Below are positions 46,747 to 55,770 of a stretch of DNA of 64,000 nucleotides, piece by piece. Below the pieces are notes generated by a model. That model had not been told where the DNA came from. It was given only the letters and a program-made list of their open reading frames with translations, and ran no database searches. The DNA comes from an uncultured bacterium (lineage in GTDB: Bacteria; Krumholzibacteriota; Krumholzibacteriia; Krumholzibacteriales; Krumholzibacteriaceae): assembly GCA_963786935.1 (NCBI GenBank), contig CAWBAN010000002.1:32001-96000 (forward strand). Direction: 5' to 3'. Position 1 is the first letter of the stretch; every line of letters begins with the position of its first letter. Both the position numbers and the translations under genes were made by a program.

Positions 46747-47391
46747 CTACTCCAGCCTGTACCTGCAATCTCGCTTTCCGCAGTTCTCGCACGAGTTCTC
46801 GCTCCGCAGCCGCTCCGGCACCGCGGCGACGTGCACCGCGAACGAGACCGACTTGCGGGGCGTCATCATGAACGTGTCGCTCAGGCTCACGCCGATCCGG
46901 GCGGCGGGGAGCATCTTGAATATGGCCCCCTGCTCCCGGACGTCCCAGTCGCCGTAGCCCGGGGACGCGCGGCACGACGTCTTGAGCCCTTCCCGCGCCG
47001 CCTCGGCGGCGATCCGGTCGTCGACGTACGAGGCGGCGGCTTCGGCGGCGACCGAGCCGATCGCGTCGAGCACGACCGCCTTCAAGAGATCGCTCCCCGT
47101 CGAGAGCCTCGTCACCTCGGCCTCGAGCGCGGGGCCGATGGTGCATACGCAGAACGCCATCCGATCGAGGTGCGCGAATATCTTCGAGCCGGGGAGCTCG
47201 CTTCCCGCGGCGTACGCATAAATCGCTTTCGGCGCGACGAGGCGACTCGCCGCGGCCGCTGCCTCGCCCAGCATATCGTCGTAGCGCCCGGGCGGCGCGG
47301 GCTTGCCTTTCCCTTTGGCCCCGAGAAAGCGCCGCACCTCCGCGGAATCTATCGGCACTTCGAACCCTTCGAGAACGACGGGCTCCGTCAT
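46747..47391 (-). CDS. Stand-alone methionine synthase B12 reactivation-domain protein
   Basis: VCTIG, DAIGSVAAE, SPGYGDW, MTPRKSVS and C-terminal CENCGKRDC. Confidence 0.85.
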   Translation of the reverse strand: MTEPVVLEGFEVPIDSAEVRRFLGAKGKGKPAPPGRYDDMLGEAAAAASRLVAPKAIYAYAAGSELPGSKIFAHLDRMAFCVCTIGPALEAEVTRLSTGSDLLKAVVLDAIGSVAAEAAASYVDDRIAAEAAREGLKTSCRASPGYGDWDVREQGAIFKMLPAARIGVSLSDTFMMTPRKSVSFAVHVAAVPERLRSENSCENCGKRDCRYRLE

Positions 47392-48293
47392 TTGCCGTGC
47401 ACCAGCTTCGCGTGCACCTCGCGGATGAAATCGGGCGTCGTGCCGCAGCACCCTCCCACGGCGCTCGCCCCCGCCGCGACGATCTTCACGGCGTCCTCGG
47501 CGAACTCCCGGGGATGCTGCTTGTAAACGGGAAGCCCGTGCTCCATGACGGGGCGCCCCGCGTTCGGCTGAAAGAGGAGCGGCGCCTGCGTCACGAGCCT
47601 GAACTCCTCGACGAGCTCGATCATCTCGCCGCTCTGCAGCGAGCAATTCGCCCCGATGACGGCGGCGCCCTCCTTGAGGAGCGTCTCCGCCGCGGCCTCG
47701 GTCGTATCCCCCATCATCGTGAAAAATCCGCGCGGCTTGCGGTCGAAGGTGAGCGTGACGACGGCGGGGGCCTTCGAGACTTCCTTCACCGCGCGCAGCG
47801 CCTCGACCGCTTCGCGGATGTCGTACATCGTTTCTATGATGTAGAGGTCGACGCCGGCGCCGGCGAGCGCCTTCGCCTGCTCGCGGAACGCGGCGCGGGC
47901 GTCCTCCGCCTTGAGCGTGCCGACCGGAGGAAAGAAGAGCCCCGTCGGCCCGATGTCCCCCGCGACGAACCGCTCGCGTTTTCCCGAGCGCTCGAGCGCC
48001 TTCCGCGCGATCTCGACCCCCTTCTCGTTCACCCGCACGGGGTCGAGCTTCTTTCCCGCTTCGGAGGACTGGAGCTTGATACGGCTCGCCCCGAAGGTCG
48101 CCGTCGTGACGACCTCGGCCCCCGCCTCGAGGTAGGCGGCGTGCACCTCGCCGATCTTCTCGCCCTTCGAGAGCACCCACTCCTCGGGCACCTCGCGCCG
48201 GGTGAGCCCCGCCGCGATGAGCATGCTTCCCATGCCGCCGTCGAAGATGACGACCTTGCGCTTGATCGTTTCGAGGAAATCGTGCGTATGCAT
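47388..48293 (-). CDS. Homocysteine S-methyltransferase-domain protein (split MetH)
   Basis: FDGGMGS, GDIGPTG, IETM, GANCS, PNAG and GGCCGTTP. Confidence 0.92.
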   Translation of the reverse strand: MHTHDFLETIKRKVVIFDGGMGSMLIAAGLTRREVPEEWVLSKGEKIGEVHAAYLEAGAEVVTTATFGASRIKLQSSEAGKKLDPVRVNEKGVEIARKALERSGKRERFVAGDIGPTGLFFPPVGTLKAEDARAAFREQAKALAGAGVDLYIIETMYDIREAVEALRAVKEVSKAPAVVTLTFDRKPRGFFTMMGDTTEAAAETLLKEGAAVIGANCSLQSGEMIELVEEFRLVTQAPLLFQPNAGRPVMEHGLPVYKQHPREFAEDAVKIVAAGASAVGGCCGTTPDFIREVHAKLVHGK

Positions 48294-48306
48294 CGCGCCT
48301 CCGGAA

Positions 48307-48957
48307 TTACCCGCGCGAGCCCATGAGGCTGTGCGCGAGGGCGACGGCCGCCACGGCGTCGCCGGCGTATCCGTCGGCCCCGATCTCGCGGGCCCACTCG
48401 TCACTGCACGGCGCGCCGCCGACCATGACCTTCACCGTGCCGCCGAGCGAGCGCTTCTTGAGCTCGTCGACGACGCGCTTCTGCCCGGACATCGTCGTCG
48501 TGAGGAGCGCGGAGATGGCGATGCAGCCCGCGCCGCGCGCCGCGGCCTCGTCGACGAACTTCGCGGCCGGCACGTCGGCGCCGAGATCGGTGATCTCGAA
48601 TCCGTTCGCCGAGAGCATCGTCGCGACGAGCGTCTTGCCGATATCGTGTATATCGCCTTCGATGGTGCCGATGACCACGTGGCCGAGCGATTTCGGCCGC
48701 GAGCCCGCCTTGGCGAGCGCGGGCTGGAGCACCGCCATCGCGCGCTTCATCGCCTCGGCGCCCATGACGAGCTCGGGCAGGAAGAGCGAGCCCTCTTCCC
48801 AGAGGCGGCCCACTTCGTTGATCCCTTTCACGAAACCTTTTTCGATCACGTCGAGCGGCGCATACTTTTTCGCAAGCGCCTCCCGGGCGAGCTTCTCGGC
48901 CGCTTCCGCGTCCCCTTCGAGCACCGACTTCGCGCAACCATCGAGGAATGCCTGCAT
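48307..48957 (-). CDS. Corrinoid (B12-binding) protein, MttC/MtgC-like
   Basis: FLPELVM, GDIHDIGK, SALLTTTM and VMVGGAP; AAGGAGG RBS. Confidence 0.93.
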   Translation of the reverse strand: MQAFLDGCAKSVLEGDAEAAEKLAREALAKKYAPLDVIEKGFVKGINEVGRLWEEGSLFLPELVMGAEAMKRAMAVLQPALAKAGSRPKSLGHVVIGTIEGDIHDIGKTLVATMLSANGFEITDLGADVPAAKFVDEAAARGAGCIAISALLTTTMSGQKRVVDELKKRSLGGTVKVMVGGAPCSDEWAREIGADGYAGDAVAAVALAHSLMGSRG

Positions 48958-49140
48958 CGAAAGCCTCCTTAGGCTATGGTAGACTTGCAGTTTCGCCGTT
49001 TTCCGCCGTGATGTCAAGGGGCAACTGCCGCCGCGCGCCCGCAACGCGGGTCCTGCCGGCGATTGCACCCCATCCGTGCTCGCAGTGCTGCGCGCGGATG
49101 GGGACCCCATCGCCGTCACCCGCTAACGGTGCGCGTGGCG

Positions 49141-49716
49141 CTACTTCACGATGGTCAGCGAGGTCTTGGCGCCGAGAAGGTCATCGAGCGTCGTGGGATA
49201 CTTCATGCGCTTGGCGATCGTCACGGCGTCGTTGAGGGCATAGCCGCGGTGCCTCACCAGATAGGCCGCCCAGAGATACGACACGCGCCCCGCGCTCAGG
49301 CAATGGATGAACGCCTTGCCCGAATGCGCCGCGAGCGTCTGCGCGAATGTATCGACAGCGTGCGGCGCGTAGCTCGTCTTCTCTCCGAGCGGGATGGACA
49401 CATACGCCATGCCGAGCTCTTTCACCAGATTCTCTTCGTTGAACGCCGTTTCGGCGAAGTCCTTGTTCTCCTTCTCGGAGCGCACGTTCACGACGAGCGT
49501 CACGCCTTCCGATTTCAGCCATCGAAGAGTCTCGAGCGTCGGCTGGCCGCCGAAGTAGAAATTCGTCGATCTGAAGAGGTCCTTTTTCCCCTCGACCTTG
49601 TAAACGCTGTCGATCGGAGCCGCGCCCAGAGAGCCGTCGGCGGCGGACGCCACGACAGGGCATAGCGCGATCGCAATGGCCACGACCACGGCACCCAAGC
49701 ATGCGGACCTGATCAT
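49141..49716 (-). CDS. Exported DUF442/Blh-like (PTP-fold) protein
   Basis: Signal peptide, GGQP, VVNVR and HCLSAGR. Confidence 0.75.
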   Translation of the reverse strand: MIRSACLGAVVVAIAIALCPVVASAADGSLGAAPIDSVYKVEGKKDLFRSTNFYFGGQPTLETLRWLKSEGVTLVVNVRSEKENKDFAETAFNEENLVKELGMAYVSIPLGEKTSYAPHAVDTFAQTLAAHSGKAFIHCLSAGRVSYLWAAYLVRHRGYALNDAVTIAKRMKYPTTLDDLLGAKTSLTIVK

Positions 49717-49778
49717 GCTGCACCTCTTTTGTTTGAAACCGTGAGCGCCATTATACCATGACGAACGAGTGGCGGGGA

Positions 49779-49950
49779 TGGCGCCGAACATTCCCGCGAA
49801 CGAGCCCATTGGAGCTCCGCGACTGTGTCTGGCGCCGGGCATTCCCGCGACGAACCCATTGGAGCTCCGCGACTGTGTCTGGCGCGGACATTCCCGCGAC
49901 GAACCCATTGGAGGCTCTGCGACTGGGTTCGGAGCGGGAATGTTCGCGCC
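49779..49950. repeat. REP-like array of three ~50-bp units, the last forming a long hairpin
   Basis: Units at 49779-49829, 49830-49879 and 49880-49950 share TGGCGC..CATTCCCGCGA..CCCATTGGAG. Confidence 0.85.
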
Positions 49951-50100
49951 CACAGAACCCGCGCGCCGGGCATGATAAAGGCCGGGTGCCCAGGGTACCT
50001 CCAACACCGGTAAGGTCAACATACCCCCACGAAGGTCGACCTTAATCGGAGGTGGTCACCCGGCCTAAATACAGGGGCTGGGTGGGGGTCTGCGGAACCA
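49949..50100. ncRNA. Unassigned ~150-nt structured element (nested stems with internal loops)
   Basis: GGCCGGGTG/CACCCGGCC, ACCTCC/GGAGGT and TAAGGTC/GACCTTA stems; outer CAGAACCC/GGG-TCTG stem. Confidence 0.45.
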
Positions 50101-50123
50101 TTTATCAATGGAACACCAAAGTC

Positions 50124-51809
50124 CTACTTTAGTGTCCCTCCGAAAGCTCCTTCGATCTCGAATCGCGGCTCGATATCGATCGGGACCCCCTTCAGGCCGT
50201 CGAGCTGCGCCTGAATCTCGGGATCCATCACGGCGTACTTGTCCATGAAGGCCTTCGCCCCGGCGTAATCGCCGCGCGCCTCGAGCGTGAGAATCTCGCT
50301 CGAGCACGACTTGACCGCGTCTTGTACCTTGGTGAAATCGACCGACCAGAGCCCGCTGGCCGGATCCCTGTAGTATGCGCCGCGTTCCTTCAAGTAATTG
50401 AAGATCGCCATGACGGCCTTTCCGTGAGCTTCACCGATGCCGAATCTCACAGACCTGAAGAAGCCGGCGAGATAGGTCACCGCCGTTTCCTTCGCGAGCG
50501 CTTCAGGGAAATACCCTTCCTTTACAAGATAATAGAAATTGTACTCGCCGACAATATCGGCTTTTGCCTCTTCCATCCCCGAGTAGGTCTCCCGGAGCGC
50601 CTTGTTGACCGTGGTCGTCGTGCCGTCGGGGAGCTTGATCGTGCCGGGTCCGAGGCCGTGGGAGATCTCGTGGAGCAGGATCTCGTTGAAATAGGTATCG
50701 AAGGTGATGTAGTCGAGCAGCTCGGTGGCGATCGTCTGCCTCGCGATCGGCACGAGGATCTTTTCGAACTTGGCCTGGCAGATATTGCGCAGCATCACCT
50801 TTTTCGAGCCCTTCGCCTCGCGGACGCGCTCGTCGTTCGGGAGGTTGAAGGCGATCGTCTGCACGCCGGCCTTCGTGTCGCCGGCGGAGAATATCTCGTC
50901 CCCGACGGAGAGCGGGGATTCCATCCCGCGGGTCGTGTTCTTGTACTGCTCGGGAATCGGGAGGTTCGCCTCCATCTTGGCGCCGTACGCCATGAGGCCG
51001 TCGAGGTTCTTCGTCGCCTCGGGGTCGCGCACGCAGAGGAAGGCCTCGAAGGCGGCCTTGTAATTGAAGAGGTTGTCCTCGTAGACCTCGTAGGGGCCGA
51101 TCGTGATGTCGATGACGTTGTCCTTCACGTCCATCCACGCCATGTCGCTCTCGAAGTAGTCATCCGAGAGGAAGGCCTTGGCGCGGAGCCGGAGGAAGTT
51201 CGCCAGCGACTCGTTGTCGATAAGGGCGGCCGCCTCGTCGAGCAGGCGCGCGGCCTCGGTGAGGAGCTCCGCGTATTCCTTCGAATAGGGAACGGCCTCG
51301 AGCCCCTTGTCCTTCGTCCGCTTGATGACGGTGAAGGTGCCCTCGAAGGCGGCCTTGTCGGCCGGGTGGTTCGTGACCCAGTTCTCGAACTCTTCCTTCG
51401 TCATGTCTTCGGGATAGAAATTCGCGCCTTCGGGCTTGGCGTCCTTCACGAGGACGGGGGCGTTGTCGTCGAGGCGGTCCCACGGCCCGAAGTTGCGCCA
51501 GAAGAAGCGCGAGAGCTCGGGATTGCCGCGGCGGCCGAGCTCGTCGCGGAGCTCGACGTTCCGCGCCCACACCTGCCGGACGAAGAGCTCGTCCATGATC
51601 TTCGAGGCCTGATAGAGCTTCTCGAGAGCGGCTTTGTTCTGCTCCCCGATGACGTCCCACGGCACCTTGATGTCGTACGTCGCGTACACCTCGAGCCGTT
51701 TCCCCGCGTCCGCCGCTGGCTCGATCATGATCTTCTCCTTTTTCGCGCAGCTCCCGAGCGCCGCAAAGGCGAGGAGCGCCAAGCCGATGACCGTCAGCCT
51801 TCTCGTCAT
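50124..51809 (-). CDS. Dipeptidyl peptidase III-like (M49) lipoprotein
   Basis: Lipobox LGSC, IGPYEVYED, AFNLPND, HEISHG and EEAKAD. Confidence 0.88.
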   Translation of the reverse strand: MTRRLTVIGLALLAFAALGSCAKKEKIMIEPAADAGKRLEVYATYDIKVPWDVIGEQNKAALEKLYQASKIMDELFVRQVWARNVELRDELGRRGNPELSRFFWRNFGPWDRLDDNAPVLVKDAKPEGANFYPEDMTKEEFENWVTNHPADKAAFEGTFTVIKRTKDKGLEAVPYSKEYAELLTEAARLLDEAAALIDNESLANFLRLRAKAFLSDDYFESDMAWMDVKDNVIDITIGPYEVYEDNLFNYKAAFEAFLCVRDPEATKNLDGLMAYGAKMEANLPIPEQYKNTTRGMESPLSVGDEIFSAGDTKAGVQTIAFNLPNDERVREAKGSKKVMLRNICQAKFEKILVPIARQTIATELLDYITFDTYFNEILLHEISHGLGPGTIKLPDGTTTTVNKALRETYSGMEEAKADIVGEYNFYYLVKEGYFPEALAKETAVTYLAGFFRSVRFGIGEAHGKAVMAIFNYLKERGAYYRDPASGLWSVDFTKVQDAVKSCSSEILTLEARGDYAGAKAFMDKYAVMDPEIQAQLDGLKGVPIDIEPRFEIEGAFGGTLK

Positions 51810-52085
51810 AACGACGATCCTCCTTTCGAGCTCCCTATCAGCCGGACTGTCCAGCGGCTGAGGATACGCCTGATTCGCCGCGCGCGCAACCCGTTTCGAG
51901 CCGCGGCGCGCCAGCCGGGCGGCCGTGCCCCGCCGCCGGGCTCGCGCGGCGCGCCCGCCCTTTTGGGCCTTGACGGGGCCGGGGGCGGGTGCTAGCGTCA
52001 TCCCTTACGAGCGGCGCGCCCGCGTTTTCCCCGTCGGGAGGGCGCGCCGAAAGGGTTTTCAGGACATGGAAGAGGGGGATGACCG

Positions 52086-53327
52086 ATGGATGCGAAGGTG
52101 CTCAAGAAGGCATACGCCAAAATCGACGGCTACCGCGACGAGATGATCGACCTCCAGACGAAGCTCACCGCCATCCCGGCGCTCGCGCCGGTGAACGCGG
52201 GCGAGGGAGAGGCCAAGAAGGCCGAGTTCTTCAAGGGATGGCTCGAGAATTCCAAGATATTCGACAAGATCGACCAGTACGATTCGCCCGACCCGGAAGT
52301 TCCCACGGGCAAGCGGCCGAACCTCGTCGCCCTCATGAAGGGGAAGTCGTCGGCCCGCCGCGTGTGGGTCATGGGGCATCTCGACATCGTCCCGCCCGGC
52401 GACCTCAACAAGTGGACGAGCGATCCCTATAAGGTGAAGGTCGAAGGGGGCAAGATCTTCGGCCGCGGCGTCGAGGACAACCAGCACGGGATCGTCACGC
52501 CGCTCTTCGCGGCGAAGGCGCTCCGCGAGCTCGGCGAGACGCCGCCCTACGACATCGGCCTCATCCTCGTCGCCGACGAGGAGACGGGGAGCAAGCACGG
52601 CATCCAGTTCCTCCTCGAGAAGCACGGGAACCTCTTCCAGAAGAGCGACTTCATCGTGGTCCCGGACGCCGGCGCCCCGGACGGCACGATGATCGAGGTC
52701 GCCGAGAAGTCGATCTTCTGGCTCAAGATCGAGACGAAGGGCAAACAGTGCCACGCCTCGACCCCGAAGGAGGGCATCAACGCCCACCGCGCCGCCGCGC
52801 ACCTCATCACCAAGATCGACAAGCTCTACAAGCTCTTCCCGCAGAAGAACAAGGTGTTCGATCCCCCGATCAGCACCTTCGAGCCCACGAAGAAAGAGGC
52901 GAACGTCCCCAACATCAACACGATCCCCGGGGACGACGTCATCTACATCGACATGCGCGTGCTCCCCGAGATCAAACTCGAAAAGGTCTACGACGCGATC
53001 AAGGGAATGATCAAAGAGGTCGAGGAGAAGTTCGGCGTGAAGATCTCGACCAGCGCGGCGCAGCGCGAGGACGCGGCCCCGGCCACCCCGGCCGACGCGC
53101 CGGTCGTCATCGCCCTCTCGGCCGCGATCAAGGCCGTCTACAAGGTGAAGGCCAAGCCGAAGGGCATCGGCGGCGGGACGGTGGCGGCGTTCTTCAGGCG
53201 CCACGGCTTCGGCGCCGTCGTCTGGTCCAAGATCGACGAGGTAGCGCATCAGCCGAACGAGTACACGATCGTCGACAACATGGTGGGAGACGCGAAGGTG
53301 TTTGCGCACCTGTTCATGCAGGAGTAG
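52086..53327 (+). CDS. M20 metallohydrolase (DapE/ArgE-like)
   Basis: GHLDIVP, GRGVEDN, ADEE, HAS and AHQPNEY. Confidence 0.9.
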   Translation: MDAKVLKKAYAKIDGYRDEMIDLQTKLTAIPALAPVNAGEGEAKKAEFFKGWLENSKIFDKIDQYDSPDPEVPTGKRPNLVALMKGKSSARRVWVMGHLDIVPPGDLNKWTSDPYKVKVEGGKIFGRGVEDNQHGIVTPLFAAKALRELGETPPYDIGLILVADEETGSKHGIQFLLEKHGNLFQKSDFIVVPDAGAPDGTMIEVAEKSIFWLKIETKGKQCHASTPKEGINAHRAAAHLITKIDKLYKLFPQKNKVFDPPISTFEPTKKEANVPNINTIPGDDVIYIDMRVLPEIKLEKVYDAIKGMIKEVEEKFGVKISTSAAQREDAAPATPADAPVVIALSAAIKAVYKVKAKPKGIGGGTVAAFFRRHGFGAVVWSKIDEVAHQPNEYTIVDNMVGDAKVFAHLFMQE

Positions 53328-53365
53328 CGGCGCCCACCGCCGCAGTCCGTGAGAGACCCCACGAG

Positions 53366-53396
53366 AAAGAGGGCTCCGCAATCGGAGCCCTCTTTT
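53366..53396. terminator. Probable bidirectional intrinsic terminator
   Basis: AAAGAGGGCTCCG-CAAT-CGGAGCCCTCTTTT hairpin between convergent genes. Confidence 0.75.
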
Positions 53397-53445
53397 ATTG
53401 GCCGGCGGCGGGAGCGAAGTGCTGGGCGCCCGCAATCGCGCGCTG

Positions 53446-54543
53446 TCAGAATCTGTAGCCGAAGGATACGCCGTACTTGTACTCGTCCAAGCGCCCCTCC
53501 CGCGCCAAACAGCTATAACCTACTCGTCCCCTGAATCTGCCTGTCGCCAATCCGATTCCCACGCCGGTGGAAAGATCGCCTTCTATCGGCTCGGCGACGG
53601 ACCCGATTCGCAGGAACAGTGTCTCGAGAAAGGCGCCTTCCGCGCCCAATCCTCGCATATCCCAGTCCCCTTCCGGCTCGGAATAGAAGGGCTCTTCATC
53701 ATAATCCTCTCTTCCGTCCCAGTTCACGGCCAGAACGAACAGCGGCACCTCGGTTCCCAGGAACTTCTTGCGGGGCCCCTCGAACCGCATTCCCAGCCCC
53801 AACCGATAATTCCTCGGCAGGGAGAGGTCGCCTTGCCAACCATCCCAGAGAACGATGTCGCCGCCCATATTCAGGACGCTGAATCCGATGCTCGGGGAGA
53901 GCCGCAGCCCGACCCCCTTCAAGAAATCAGCCGAGAGAAGAAAGCCCAGGTCATAGGCGATGCCGTTTCCCGTGGCGGGCGGAGCCCCATAGGGATAACT
54001 TTGCTCCGCCTTGAACCACAGGGGTTTTAGGGCAATGCCGATCCCCAGATGCAGCATGTCGCGATAGACGGCTTCGCCCCCCAGAGTCAGGGCCAACAGT
54101 TTCTCGTCCAACAGGTAGTCACATACGATCATAATATTGCGATCGCGCCAGGTGCTGTGGGCGACATAGCTGAATGCGGCGCCCGCGCCCAGATGCAGAT
54201 CGATCGATGGCGTCGCCGCGAAGGAGAATCCCGCGCCAGCCGCCGCGTGCCAGACGTAAGCGTCGTCATCCTCGCTCCGAGACAAGGGCGCATACGCACC
54301 AGCGAAGAACGTCTCGCCCGAGGGCGAAATCACAGCCGGATTGTAGAAGGCGTTCAGGGGATCGGCGGCGTCGGCGGCGCCTGTGTTGCCCATACCATAT
54401 GCCCTGATCGCGGGGCTCAGAACAAAGGCGATTAGCCCGCTGTTGCATTGGGACTTCGCCGGACTCGACACGAGAGCCGTCGCGAGAACGAGCGCCGCGC
54501 CCATCGCGAAATGGAGCGCCGAACTCCCTACTAATCCGCGCAT
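53446..54543 (-). CDS. PorV/PorQ-like outer-membrane barrel
   Basis: SPAIRAYGMGN..A.A.DPLNAFYNPA, AYDLG, NMG, LFLRIG; C-terminal Phe. Confidence 0.75.
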   Translation of the reverse strand: MRGLVGSSALHFAMGAALVLATALVSSPAKSQCNSGLIAFVLSPAIRAYGMGNTGAADAADPLNAFYNPAVISPSGETFFAGAYAPLSRSEDDDAYVWHAAAGAGFSFAATPSIDLHLGAGAAFSYVAHSTWRDRNIMIVCDYLLDEKLLALTLGGEAVYRDMLHLGIGIALKPLWFKAEQSYPYGAPPATGNGIAYDLGFLLSADFLKGVGLRLSPSIGFSVLNMGGDIVLWDGWQGDLSLPRNYRLGLGMRFEGPRKKFLGTEVPLFVLAVNWDGREDYDEEPFYSEPEGDWDMRGLGAEGAFLETLFLRIGSVAEPIEGDLSTGVGIGLATGRFRGRVGYSCLAREGRLDEYKYGVSFGYRF

Positions 54544-54552
54544 GGCGCCTCC

Positions 54553-55647
54553 TTAGAAATTGACGCCGCAGGTGATCCCGAATTTATGCACGTGGTCGAG
54601 ATCCTTTGCCTGCGGCACATTCGCATAATCTATGCGCGCCCGGAACGTATTCGTGGTCACTCCAAGCCCGACGCCGAACGTGACGTCTTCGATGTTCGCC
54701 TCGGGATTGCCGATGTATCCCACTCGAAGGAACAGCGCCTGAAGAAGAGCGGCTTCCGCCCCTGCTCCCCAGAGGCTCCAGTTCTCGAACTTGTAATATT
54801 CGCTCCAATCACAATTCACGGCGGCCGTGTAGAGTGGCGCCTGCATCCAGTGGAACCTCGCGGGGCGACCCTCGAGGCGCAATCCCAGCCCCAACCGGAG
54901 GTTTGCGGGCAACAACTGGCGGTAATCCGCGTTCCAAACCTCGAGGTCGCTTCCCAGATTCAGGGCGCTGAATCCGACGCTCGGGGAGAGCCGCAGATCG
55001 GGCCGGCTCAGGAGATCTCCCGAGATGAGCAGCCCGAGGTCGAAGGCGATCCCGTCTCCTTTGGGAGTGGGATTCATCTCGGGCACTCCTTCGCACCGCT
55101 CCGGCCGGATCCACACCGGTTTCAGGGCAACGCCCATCCCCACATGGAGCTTGTGTTCGAGAACCAGCTCTCCGCCCATCGTGATGGTGCCTGCGGTCTC
55201 TGAGCCGAGACAAAACTCAATCATTTCAGTATTATTGCCAGCGGCTGGTTCCAACTCACCATAATCCAGGCGGGCGACTCCGACGCTCCCCCCCAGATGC
55301 AGCTCGCTGGAATTTCCGACGGGGAGGGAAAATCCCCCGCCCGCCACGGCATGCAGAATGTAGGCCCCGGATACCAGATCGGGAAACACCCTTCCATACG
55401 AGCTCGATAGGAAAACGTCGCCCGCCGAAGGTACTACCGCGGGATTGTAGAATGCGTTCAGGGGATCGGCGGCGTCGGCGACGCCGACGTTTCCCATGCC
55501 ATAGGAACGAATCGCGGGGCTGAGCTCGAAGATCCAGGATCGCCCGAAGGACTGTGACAGCGCCGGACTCGCCACGAGAGCCGTCGCGAGGCAGAGCGCC
55601 GCGCTCATCGCGAAATTGAGTCCCACGCTCGCCATTACTCCGCGCAT
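54553..55647 (-). CDS. PorV/PorQ-like outer-membrane barrel (tandem paralog)
   Basis: SPAIRSYGMGNVGVADAADPLNAFYNPA, AFDLG, NLG, LRVGY, TFGVG; C-terminal Phe; GGAGG RBS. Confidence 0.78.
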   Translation of the reverse strand: MRGVMASVGLNFAMSAALCLATALVASPALSQSFGRSWIFELSPAIRSYGMGNVGVADAADPLNAFYNPAVVPSAGDVFLSSSYGRVFPDLVSGAYILHAVAGGGFSLPVGNSSELHLGGSVGVARLDYGELEPAAGNNTEMIEFCLGSETAGTITMGGELVLEHKLHVGMGVALKPVWIRPERCEGVPEMNPTPKGDGIAFDLGLLISGDLLSRPDLRLSPSVGFSALNLGSDLEVWNADYRQLLPANLRLGLGLRLEGRPARFHWMQAPLYTAAVNCDWSEYYKFENWSLWGAGAEAALLQALFLRVGYIGNPEANIEDVTFGVGLGVTTNTFRARIDYANVPQAKDLDHVHKFGITCGVNF

Positions 55648-55770
55648 CGCGTGACCTCCCGGGGCCCGGGACGGGCAGAAAAAAGAGCCCGCCCGATGAA
55701 CGTTGCTATTCACACAGGGGGCTTCCGCATGGTAATATAACACGAAAGCGGTTCGTTTTGGAGGGGAAGT

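Noticed and set aside
48960..49140. Cobalamin or SAM riboswitch upstream of the corrinoid operon
   Set aside because: A GC-rich hairpin is present, but I could not identify B12-box or S-box consensus elements; an Rfam scan would settle it.
49779..49950. CRISPR array
   Set aside because: The units are near-identical along their whole length with no unique spacers, and there are no cas genes in the window.
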